The notes under the pieces are model-generated. The model worked only from the letters and a program-made list of their open reading frames with translations, did no database searches and was not told the origin of the DNA. Source: Rhodoferax sp. (lineage in GTDB: Bacteria > Pseudomonadota > Gammaproteobacteria > Burkholderiales > Burkholderiaceae_C). Taken from it: DNA of 64,000 bases. Below, piece after piece: positions 48,781 through 56,814 of this stretch (position 1 is the stretch's first letter; each line of letters begins with the position of its first letter). The stretch lies in NCBI GenBank assembly GCA_020048895.1, contig JAIFLV010000088.1:20182-84181 (forward strand). Direction: 5' to 3'. The position numbers were made by a program, and so were the translations under genes.

Positions 48781-49586
48781 GTGACCCGCCCCATCAAGGC
48801 TGCACCCAGCAGATGTGACAGATTAAAGTGGCGCGCGCCAATGCAGCCAGCCCAGCACGCAGCCAGAAACATCGAATCGGTTGTACGCCACAGCAACACC
48901 CGGTTAGAGCGCATTTCACCGCTGAATCCTCTGGATATCATGGCCTGATAGATGCGCTGGGAGCGGTCCATTGCCCGTAACAGCAGGTGGCCGAGCAAGG
49001 GCCCATAGACCGCCAGTGGCAATGACTTTGCGCCACCACGAAGCTCACGCGCCAGATTCATGCGGCCTACTTCACCTGCGAGCACCAAGGCATAGCGGTG
49101 CATGAACAATAGTTGGTTGGTAAGCACCTGCGGTACTCCCAGGCGGGCCAAGCCGACGCAGATCTGGTGAAACCCGGTTGTTGCCACCAGCACCAAGGCC
49201 GCACCCACTGTGAGCGCAAAGCGGACAAGGATGGAGGCAAACGATATCCAGCCCCCGGATACCGAGATCCCAAAGAGTTCAAGGACTATCTTGTGATCCA
49301 TCAAAGGGTTGAAGATGCCCACCATGATGGCAAACGGCGCCGCCGCCAAAATCTTTATCCAAATGGCCTTCAGTGGAACTTCGCCCAGAACTGCGATCAC
49401 CACTGGGAACAAGGCAAAAGGTAGCAAGGCAGCGACTGCATACCTGTCAAAGGACACCACGGTGATGATGAATCCCAGTGTGGCAAGAATCTTGGCCCGC
49501 GGGTCCAGTCCAGACAGGGCAGTTTGTCGCGTTGAAAAGGCGTCCAGTGACGCAAATTCATCGAGCGCAGATTGGATGCTGCTCAC
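48777..49586 (-). CDS. cbiQ: ECF transporter T component (CbiQ/NikQ)
   Basis: LDPRAKI, multiple TMs, RAMDRSQRIYQAMISRGF. Confidence 0.92.
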   Translation of the reverse strand: MSSIQSALDEFASLDAFSTRQTALSGLDPRAKILATLGFIITVVSFDRYAVAALLPFALFPVVIAVLGEVPLKAIWIKILAAAPFAIMVGIFNPLMDHKIVLELFGISVSGGWISFASILVRFALTVGAALVLVATTGFHQICVGLARLGVPQVLTNQLLFMHRYALVLAGEVGRMNLARELRGGAKSLPLAVYGPLLGHLLLRAMDRSQRIYQAMISRGFSGEMRSNRVLLWRTTDSMFLAACWAGCIGARHFNLSHLLGAALMGRVT

Positions 49587-49609
49587 AACGGCTTGTTATG
49601 AACCACGAA

Positions 49610-50689
49610 TCATCCAGGAGTACCTGCATCGACGTCGACCTTCCTGCGTCGACGCAATAGGTAGGCCACCAATGTGACGAGACTCAATGTTGCAAGCCCG
49701 CCAATAACACCTGCAAGCGAAGTCCCAGCATCGACCGCAGGCCATGCTTCACTTGTGGCTGATTTTTCTGGTTCTGGTGCTGTCTCCTTTACATCGGAGG
49801 AGAACTTGTAATCGGGAAATATTGTCAGACTCTTTTGAAACTCTTCCAGTCGCGTATGAACGGATTCTTTCGCCGCCAACTCAGCGCTTCCGGTGACACG
49901 TGCGATGCTCCACTCCAAACCATCGGGCTGCGATGAAGCGAACCAGGAGAATACCCCTGCCGTGAACAGTGCCAACACTCCCAGGCCAGCAATCAACTTT
50001 GCAGGGAACGTGGAAGACAAAGACGGCCCGCCCGCCGCTCTTTCATCAACAAACAGGTCAGGCCGGGCTTCTCGCACGAAGTGGATAAGTGCTGCCGTTG
50101 CGAGGCCCTCTACCAGCCCGATGGCAAGGTGTATCGGTTGCATGAGGAGCAAAAAGGTGCTCAGCGGCAAGCTACTGATTCCCGAGAATTGGGTCTGTGT
50201 CACCACACCCAGGGAACCCAGTTGCAGGCTGACGACCGTTGCAAGGACGGTGATGGCCGCCATGCGACGCTTCGACGCCAGCACCCCGGCGCGCTTGAGC
50301 AAGGGGCGATAGATCAGCGGCAGCCCGATGAAGCAGGGGAGCACACCCAGATTGAAGATATTGGCACCCAGAGCAAGCAGTCCACCATCGGCAAAGAACA
50401 ATGCCTGCACCGTCAGCACCGATGCAATGACAACAAAGGCCGCGTAGGGCCCCAACAATATGGATAACAGCAACCCGCCACCAATATGCCCGCTCGATCC
50501 CGTACCGGGAATCGTGAAGTTAATCATCATTGCGGCAAAGACGAATGCACCCAGCACGCCCATCAGTGGGACAAGGTAGTCCCGCGGGTCGCTGCGGACC
50601 TTTCTGGAAGAGATCGCCAATGCGGTACCGGTAGCTGTCCAAAAGGCGATTCCAACGGCAGGAGAGAGCAGGGCATCGGCCATGTGCAT
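49610..50689 (-). CDS. cbiM: ECF Ni/Co S component fused to a PDGLE (NikN-like) domain
   Basis: MHMADAL metal-binding N-terminus, GSSGHIGG, QALFFADGG, SQPDGLEWS. Confidence 0.9.
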   Translation of the reverse strand: MHMADALLSPAVGIAFWTATGTALAISSRKVRSDPRDYLVPLMGVLGAFVFAAMMINFTIPGTGSSGHIGGGLLLSILLGPYAAFVVIASVLTVQALFFADGGLLALGANIFNLGVLPCFIGLPLIYRPLLKRAGVLASKRRMAAITVLATVVSLQLGSLGVVTQTQFSGISSLPLSTFLLLMQPIHLAIGLVEGLATAALIHFVREARPDLFVDERAAGGPSLSSTFPAKLIAGLGVLALFTAGVFSWFASSQPDGLEWSIARVTGSAELAAKESVHTRLEEFQKSLTIFPDYKFSSDVKETAPEPEKSATSEAWPAVDAGTSLAGVIGGLATLSLVTLVAYLLRRRRKVDVDAGTPG

Positions 50690-50711
50690 TTTGGATTCCT
50701 TCCGGCAAATC

Positions 50712-50738
50712 GTATGAAGATTAAAAATATTGTATTAC
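50712..50738. promoter_or_regulatory. Candidate NikR operator
   Basis: GTATGA-N15(AT-rich)-TATTAC; the E. coli site is GTATGA-N16-TCATAC, so spacing is one base short. Confidence 0.45.
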
Positions 50739-50804
50739 TATTTGGTGGCCGAAAATTCCAGTCCTTGTCTGCAGGCCTCCTGCGAGGCTGACATAATGCG
50801 CACG

Positions 50805-51164
50805 ATGCAAACCCTGCGACGATTCACCATGCTCACGCGCCTCGTGCTGGCGTGGTTTGTGCTGTCGCTAGGCGTTGCTGTGGCCGCACCTGTCATCGCA
50901 CCACAACATATTCTTTTTGTTTGTACTGGCACGGGAGCCATGAAGGTGCTGACCCAGGTTGAGGATGGCAGCACTACGGAACAAGTTCATTCCAGGATGG
51001 ACTGCCCGCTGTGCGCGACAGTGTCGGCGCCACCACCGCAACCAGGCGTAGCGGTGCCACACCTTTGTGCTCTGTCATATGCCCTCCATGGCGTTCCTGT
51101 AGCTTTCATTGCAGCGCGTACTGCTTCGCCCATGCCGGCGCGCGGTCCACCCGCATTGTCCTGA
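50805..51164 (+). CDS. DUF2946 family (CruR-like) protein 1
   Basis: TM LVLAWFVLSLGVAVAAP, VCT, CPLC, C-terminal ARGPP. Confidence 0.88.
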   Translation: MQTLRRFTMLTRLVLAWFVLSLGVAVAAPVIAPQHILFVCTGTGAMKVLTQVEDGSTTEQVHSRMDCPLCATVSAPPPQPGVAVPHLCALSYALHGVPVAFIAARTASPMPARGPPALS

Positions 51165-51293
51165 ATCCGCTACGTATTTCGTAGCGTTCTGCGCCCATTC
51201 CATAGAGGAGTGGGCAGCATTTCGTTGATCGATCCGGCAGGTAGGTGTTCAACGCGAGTGCATTTCTCTGTCCACTTCTACGAACTTTCATCC

Positions 51294-51776
51294 ATGAAAT
51301 ACATTGCAAAACTCACATCCGTTATTGTTGTAGCCACCTTCTCCACGGTGGCCCTGGCCCAATCCGTAGACGTCAAAGACGCCTGGGCGCGCTCCACCGT
51401 GCAGGGGCAAAAGGCCACCGGTGCTTTCATGAAGCTCACCGCCAAGGAGGGCGCCAAGCTGGTGGGCGGCTCATCGCCCGCGGCAGGCGTGGTCGAAGTT
51501 CATGAAATGAAAATGGAAGGCGACGTCATGAAGATGCGTGCCGTCCCCGGCGGGCTCGATCTACCTGCAGGCAAGGCGGTGGAACTCAAGCCCGGCGGCT
51601 ACCACGTGATGCTGATGGACCTGAAAGCGCCGCTCATGAAAGACTCCACCGTTCCTCTAACCCTGGTGTTCAAGGACGCCAAAGGTGTGGAGAGCAAGGT
51701 CGAATTGAAGGTGCCTGTATCCACCGTGGCGCCAGGCCCAGCGATGCAGATGGACCACAGCCAGCACAAGATGTAA
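51294..51776 (+). CDS. Copper chaperone PCu(A)C
   Basis: Signal peptide, DAWAR, EVHEMKMEGDVMKM, LKPGGYHVML; Met/His C-terminal tail. Confidence 0.95.
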   Translation: MKYIAKLTSVIVVATFSTVALAQSVDVKDAWARSTVQGQKATGAFMKLTAKEGAKLVGGSSPAAGVVEVHEMKMEGDVMKMRAVPGGLDLPAGKAVELKPGGYHVMLMDLKAPLMKDSTVPLTLVFKDAKGVESKVELKVPVSTVAPGPAMQMDHSQHKM

Positions 51777-51905
51777 TTCCATTTCTAAATCATCCGTGTC
51801 GTTGTTGCTTGGCCTTGTCCACCCAAAGCATCTGAAGATGCTTTGGGACACGCCTCAGCACTGCGTGCGGCTTCGCGCCTAGACACAAATGATTTGGAAA
51901 CGGAA
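51777..51905. mobile_element. MITE-like 129-bp element
   Basis: 24-bp imperfect terminal inverted repeats (20/24), TAA on both flanks, internal perfect 11-bp hairpin CCCAAAGCATC-TGAA-GATGCTTTGGG. Confidence 0.6.
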
Positions 51906-51944
51906 TAAGTTGACCCCGCCCCTCAATCTCGGCCAGTCGCCCTC

Positions 51945-52355
51945 ATGCGCGGTTCCGTGATGCTGTCGTTGCCGTACCGACGTTGGTCGGTGTGGCTGGC
52001 TTTGTGCGTCGCTGTGTTCACGGCAATGGCGCCCACGCTCGCGCGAGCGTTTGCTGCCGCACAGAGCGGCTCGGGCCAGGGCTTTGAGATCTGTACGGCG
52101 CAGGGCTCGCGCTGGGTGGCCGTCAGTAGTGCGAACGCTTTGGTCGATTCCTCATCCGGGCAGGACTCCACGCCTTCACTTTCGCATTGCCCGTTTTGCC
52201 TGCTTAGCGCAGACCGCTGCGCCCCGCCTCCTTCAGCGGTTACCTACCGCTTCGTGTCCCAAGACGCACAACCGAATGCCAGCACAGGGCAGACTTTTGT
52301 CTACCTTGCGCAACCGTACACGCGCGCATCGCCCCGTGGACCTCCGATTTCCTGA
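51945..52355 (+). CDS. DUF2946 family (CruR-like) protein 2
   Basis: TM VWLALCVAVFTAMAP, EICTAQG, HCPFC, C-terminal PRGPP. Confidence 0.88.
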   Translation: MRGSVMLSLPYRRWSVWLALCVAVFTAMAPTLARAFAAAQSGSGQGFEICTAQGSRWVAVSSANALVDSSSGQDSTPSLSHCPFCLLSADRCAPPPSAVTYRFVSQDAQPNASTGQTFVYLAQPYTRASPRGPPIS

Positions 52356-52481
52356 ACTCCTAAGTTTGTAGCACTCTGCGCTTCCTACCCGGAGGCTGGA
52401 GGCCTTTTTGACCGCAAGGAAGTTGCCGTGTGCAGCAGCCCTTGCATCGCATTTTCAAATCTTCAAGTTCAGGATCATCCA

Positions 52482-53426
52482 ATGAAACAAGCATCCCTAC
52501 CTATCATCGCCTCCTTCAGCCTCGTTGCGGCAGCCGTTCTCACCGCATGCGGTGGCGGCGGCAGCGACGGCCCCCTGCCCGACAAGGTGGTGGCCATCAA
52601 CTTTGCAGCCGTCAATGGCAGCACACCCGTCAAGTGCGGAACCCAGCTCACCGGCATGGGCAGCACGGGAGTCGCAGCCGATGTAAAAGACCTGCGCTTC
52701 TACATCACCAACCTTGCCCTGGTGAATGACAAGGGCGTGGCCGTGCCGGTCAAGCTCGACGCCAGCAAGTGGCAACTGACGCAAGGCACCGAGACCGTCT
52801 CCCTGATTGATCTGGAAGACGCCACGGGTGCGTGCGCAACGGCTGCCAATACGGCTGAGACGAACGCCGTCATCACCGGCACTGTTCCGGGGGGCACTTA
52901 CGTCGGCCTGAAGGCCACCGTGGGCGTGCCCGAGGCCATGAACCACAGTGTTGCGGCCGGTGGTGTGCCACCGCTGGACAGCACCGCTTTGCTGTGGTCC
53001 TGGCAGACGGGGCGCAAGTTCACCAAGATCGAGATCAATCCGGTAGGCGGTTTGGTCAAACCCGATGGCACCAGCATTGCGACCTACAACCTGCACATCG
53101 GCTCCACCGGCTGCACACCCAAGCTGGACGCTGCCGGCGTTGCCATCCCCAATACGGGCACTTGCACCAATCTCAACATGGCCGATTTCAGCCTGGCTGC
53201 CTTCGATATGGCGACGCAGAAAGTGGCACTTGATCTGGGACAGTTGTTCAAGACCAGCAACCTGACCAAGGAAAATGGCGGGTCCCCGGGCTGCATGTCC
53301 GGCGCTACCGACCCGGAGTGCGCGGTCATCTTTACTGAACTGCAGGTCAGTTATGGCAGCGGTTCGGACGGTAAGCCGATCAACGGTGGCGCGGCGCAGA
53401 AGATCTTCAAGGCTGTTGCAAAGTGA
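52482..53426 (+). CDS. mbnP: MbnP family copper-binding lipoprotein
   Basis: Lipobox VLTAC, DLRFYITN, MNH, WSW motif (LLWSWQTG), H-IGSTGC, GCMS, six mature Cys; directly upstream of an MbnH-type gene. Confidence 0.88.
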   Translation: MKQASLPIIASFSLVAAAVLTACGGGGSDGPLPDKVVAINFAAVNGSTPVKCGTQLTGMGSTGVAADVKDLRFYITNLALVNDKGVAVPVKLDASKWQLTQGTETVSLIDLEDATGACATAANTAETNAVITGTVPGGTYVGLKATVGVPEAMNHSVAAGGVPPLDSTALLWSWQTGRKFTKIEINPVGGLVKPDGTSIATYNLHIGSTGCTPKLDAAGVAIPNTGTCTNLNMADFSLAAFDMATQKVALDLGQLFKTSNLTKENGGSPGCMSGATDPECAVIFTELQVSYGSGSDGKPINGGAAQKIFKAVAK

Positions 53427-54622
53427 TGCGAGCGCACCGTCAGCTGCCAACCAGACTGTCGGTGTCCGGCGCCCCGTCGTGGGCGCTGGTGACGGCCTTG
53501 GTCGGCGCTGTCGGATTGGCGGGGTGTGGCGGCGGGGCAGACAGCGCCGCCGCAACGGCAAGCGCTTGGGCATGGGCGCTACCACCGGGTTTTTCTGTGC
53601 CCGCCGTGCCAGCTGACAACCCTATGTCCACGGCCAAGGTGGACCTCGGGCGGTTCCTGTTCTATGACAAGCGCCTTTCGGGCAACGGCACCCTGGCCTG
53701 CTCCGGCTGTCACCTGCAGGAAAAGGCGTTCACCGATGGCTTGGCCGTGGCCAAAGGCTCCACAGGCGAGTTCACGCCCCGCAATTCGCAGTCTTTGGGT
53801 AACGTTGCTTACAGTCCGACCCTCACCTGGGCCAACCCGGGCCTGGTGTTGCTGGAGCGCCAGATGGAGGTGCCGCTGTTTGGCGAAAACGTGGTCGAGA
53901 TGGGAATCAACGACGGCAACAAGGCGGCCGTGTTGCAGCGCCTGGCAGATACCAGTCTCTACCCACCCAGGTTCGCGCAGGCATTTCCTGGTGAAGTCAA
54001 TCCCGTTTCGTGGGGCAATGCCATCAGGGCCATCGCCGCATTCCAGCGCTCGCTCATCAGTGGCAACAGCACGTACGACCAGGCTGTGGCCGGCAAAGCG
54101 GTTTTGAGCAGCGCAGAACAGCGCGGCCGGGATCTCTTCTTCGGCTCCAAGGCCGGTTGCTCGCAGTGCCACCACGGATTCAATTTCAACGACCAGGTGG
54201 TGGACGCTAATTCCCAGGCGGTTACGCGAGTGTTTCACAACATCGGCCTGTACAACGTCGGTGGTACCGGTGCCTATCCGGAGCCTAACCGTGGCGTGAT
54301 GGAGCTCAGTGGCCTGTTCAAGGACATGGGCGCTTTTCGGGCACCGAGCTTGCGCAACGTGGAAGTCACGGCTCCGTACATGCACGATGGCAGCATCGCT
54401 ACGCTGGAAGAAGTGATGGATGTGATTGCAGAAAGCGGGCGCAACATTACCAGTGGCGTCTATGCGGGCGATGGTCGCCGCAATCCGTACAAGAGTCCGC
54501 TGGTAACACCGCTCGCACTCACGGACCAGGACAAGTCGGATCTGATTGCGTTCCTGAAGACGCTGACAGACCTCGAGTTCCTGTCCAACCCCCAGCAGTC
54601 TGACCCGTTCAAGGTTTTGTGA
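53426..54622 (+). CDS. mbnH: MbnH family di-heme cytochrome c peroxidase/MauG-like enzyme
   Basis: LGRFLFYDKRLS, CSGCH and CSQCH heme motifs, FRAPSLRNV, APYMHDGS; TGATG overlap with mbnP. Confidence 0.92.
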   Translation: MRAHRQLPTRLSVSGAPSWALVTALVGAVGLAGCGGGADSAAATASAWAWALPPGFSVPAVPADNPMSTAKVDLGRFLFYDKRLSGNGTLACSGCHLQEKAFTDGLAVAKGSTGEFTPRNSQSLGNVAYSPTLTWANPGLVLLERQMEVPLFGENVVEMGINDGNKAAVLQRLADTSLYPPRFAQAFPGEVNPVSWGNAIRAIAAFQRSLISGNSTYDQAVAGKAVLSSAEQRGRDLFFGSKAGCSQCHHGFNFNDQVVDANSQAVTRVFHNIGLYNVGGTGAYPEPNRGVMELSGLFKDMGAFRAPSLRNVEVTAPYMHDGSIATLEEVMDVIAESGRNITSGVYAGDGRRNPYKSPLVTPLALTDQDKSDLIAFLKTLTDLEFLSNPQQSDPFKVL

Positions 54623-54650
54623 CGCTATGTGGGCTGCCAACAAAACGGGA

Positions 54651-54714
54651 AATGCTATTGAATCAGGAGCGCCTTACGCTTACTGGACGGGCGTTATAGG
54701 CATTATTTGTATTT
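54651..54714 (+). repeat. Repeat family A copy between mbnH and the Crp/Fnr gene
   Basis: 21-nt identity with the 17760 copy; ACGCTT..GGGCGT second hairpin. Confidence 0.85.
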
Positions 54715-54725
54715 AAGGAATTGCC

Positions 54726-55373
54726 ATGCAGAACCCAGTGAAAGAACCCATCCCCAATAGTGCGACACGTGTGCTTGCATCGCGCGAAAGCTTGCGGCCG
54801 GGGGAGCTAAAGCAACTTTGGCGACTGGAGGTGGGCGCGGTCCGTATCGACAGCGCGCCGCCGGGTGCGCCGACTCGCTTTGTCCGATTGGCCTTGCCCG
54901 GTGATGTGATTGGCGTGGAGCAGTGGGCGGGTACCGACGAAAGTCTGACCGTGCGCGCCCTCGTACCGACTTGCCTCACACCTTTGGACTCAAAAGGGTA
55001 CCAGGTGATGCAGATTCTGATGGAGTCGGTGGTGACCACCCACCAGCGTTGTGGTGAAGTGGTGAGCCTGCGTACTGGCACGGTGCCGCAACGGGTTAAA
55101 CGCCTTCTGTTGATGCTTGCCCCTGCGGGCCCGGATGTGGCGGGGCAGACCACAGAATGTCCCTTGCCGAACTTGAACGACATGTCCGATGTGCTGGACG
55201 CTGCGATAGAGACGGTGTCGCGTGTGCTGGCCAGCATGCGGCGCAACGACTACCTGCAGGAGCGCAAGCCACAGCGGGCACGCTTTAGCAGTCAGGTGCT
55301 GCGCGAGATTGAAATGGTGGTCGGGATGTCGAATTCGGCCACATCCCAACGTGTGGTCCGTTCGCTGGGATAG
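54726..55373 (+). CDS. Crp/Fnr-family regulator-like protein
   Basis: LWRLEVGAVRI, LALPGDVIG beta-roll; QRVKRLLL; IETVSRVL HTH. Confidence 0.8.
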   Translation: MQNPVKEPIPNSATRVLASRESLRPGELKQLWRLEVGAVRIDSAPPGAPTRFVRLALPGDVIGVEQWAGTDESLTVRALVPTCLTPLDSKGYQVMQILMESVVTTHQRCGEVVSLRTGTVPQRVKRLLLMLAPAGPDVAGQTTECPLPNLNDMSDVLDAAIETVSRVLASMRRNDYLQERKPQRARFSSQVLREIEMVVGMSNSATSQRVVRSLG

Positions 55374-55389
55374 CTTGCGATTGGCGAGG

Positions 55390-56805
55390 TTACGGTCTGG
55401 AAATTATCTGCGATACCGGGTAGCCGCCCATCGTGCCGCGTCCCCGGTACCCGGTCATGCAGGTATCCCCCATCATGCCACCGGCAGCGCAGTCACCATA
55501 GGCCAGCAGGTTGATTTGCGCTGCGCTTAGCGGTGCTATAGGGTCCGAAAGTCTGACGTAAATGGTCATGAAACTGTTGCCAATGCCACCAGGCGCACCG
55601 GGGTGCTTGGCATTCGGCCAGCCGTAGTACAGCCCCTCCGAATTAGCTGCAAAGCCGCCTTCGGCAAAGGTGTTGATGGTGTTGAGGGCGAAGGTCGTTA
55701 CGAGCAGGCCACCTTGGCCGTCGCTGATCGCGGAGAGCTGGTGTGTCAGTGGCACCGTGGTCATGGGCGGCCCCGTCATCGATTCGGTGAGCGTTCCCTT
55801 CAAGTCAGAAACGCTGCCGGCGGTGGAGTTGACCACGAAGCTGCCGTTGAAAATAGTGTCATTGGGTTGGGTGTCGGGTTCAAAGAAAGTGGCTGCCACG
55901 TTGTACTGGGTGATCACCTCCGCCGGTGTGGACGGGTCGCCCTGGTCAACGCTGTTCGACGCCCGCACCGCAAACGCGTATCCGGTGCACGTTACAGGGC
56001 AAGGTACGGCAATTGGTGAGCTGCTGCCACTGGCTGTGATGCCAACCGGGTTGGACACCACGGTGTAGCCGGTGATGGGAGCGCCACCGCTGTTGGCGGG
56101 CCCGACAAAGCTGACCAACACGCTGTTTGCCAAATCCCCGGCAGTCGCCGCCACCCCGGTCGGTGCATCAGGCGCCGCGAGCGCAACCACCGGCACCGTG
56201 ACTGTGATGCTCTGCATCACTTGTGTTGCAGCCAGGTAGCTGGCATCACCGGGTTGGTTGGCGGTGATGGTACAGAGGCCTGCTGCAATGGCCGTGACAG
56301 CCCCCGTGTTTCCGACCACCGAACATACCTGCGGTGTGCTGGTGCCAAAGTGCACCGGCAAGCCGGAACTCGCAGTGGCTTTGACACTGGCGGTGCCATA
56401 CAGAGTCAATTCTGGGGGAGCAGCAAACAGAATCGTCTGCTTTGGGTCGACCAGTACAACCAGACTTTGAGTGGCTTGTGCCGCCGGAGCAAAGTCATCG
56501 TTGCCTTCCTGGTCGGCCGCCAGCATGCAGGTTCCTGCGATGAGTGCTGTCACTTTGCCGGTGTCACGCTGGACGCTGCAAACCGTGCCGGTCAGACTGG
56601 AGTAGGTCACGGCGAGGCCGGCGCTGGAGGTGGCGGCAACCGTGGCGGTCCCGTTCAGGGGCAGAACCGGTGTCGCGCCGAACTGTAGCGTCTGTGCCTG
56701 GGCTTTGATGGCGGGTCCGTCACCGCCACCACAGCCCGTTATCAGTACGGACAGCAAACTACCAGCCACAAAGGCAGATCGAACTCGAACAAGATGGGTC
56801 ATCAT
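55390..56805 (-). CDS. Lipoprotein: two Ig-like repeats, FN3, Met/Cys-rich C-terminal domain
   Basis: Lipobox LITGC; two repeats QTxxF...SGL.V.....VCSV...G.C...A.Q.G; APDAPTGVAA/GGAPITGYTV FN3; tip DCAAGGMMGDTCMTG...GTMGGYP. Confidence 0.85.
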   Translation of the reverse strand: MMTHLVRVRSAFVAGSLLSVLITGCGGGDGPAIKAQAQTLQFGATPVLPLNGTATVAATSSAGLAVTYSSLTGTVCSVQRDTGKVTALIAGTCMLAADQEGNDDFAPAAQATQSLVVLVDPKQTILFAAPPELTLYGTASVKATASSGLPVHFGTSTPQVCSVVGNTGAVTAIAAGLCTITANQPGDASYLAATQVMQSITVTVPVVALAAPDAPTGVAATAGDLANSVLVSFVGPANSGGAPITGYTVVSNPVGITASGSSSPIAVPCPVTCTGYAFAVRASNSVDQGDPSTPAEVITQYNVAATFFEPDTQPNDTIFNGSFVVNSTAGSVSDLKGTLTESMTGPPMTTVPLTHQLSAISDGQGGLLVTTFALNTINTFAEGGFAANSEGLYYGWPNAKHPGAPGGIGNSFMTIYVRLSDPIAPLSAAQINLLAYGDCAAGGMMGDTCMTGYRGRGTMGGYPVSQIISRP

Positions 56806-56814
56806 GCGAACGTC

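Noticed and set aside
50690-50804. Cobalamin riboswitch upstream of cbiM
   Set aside because: The spacer is only 115 bp, AT-rich, and lacks B12-box motifs.
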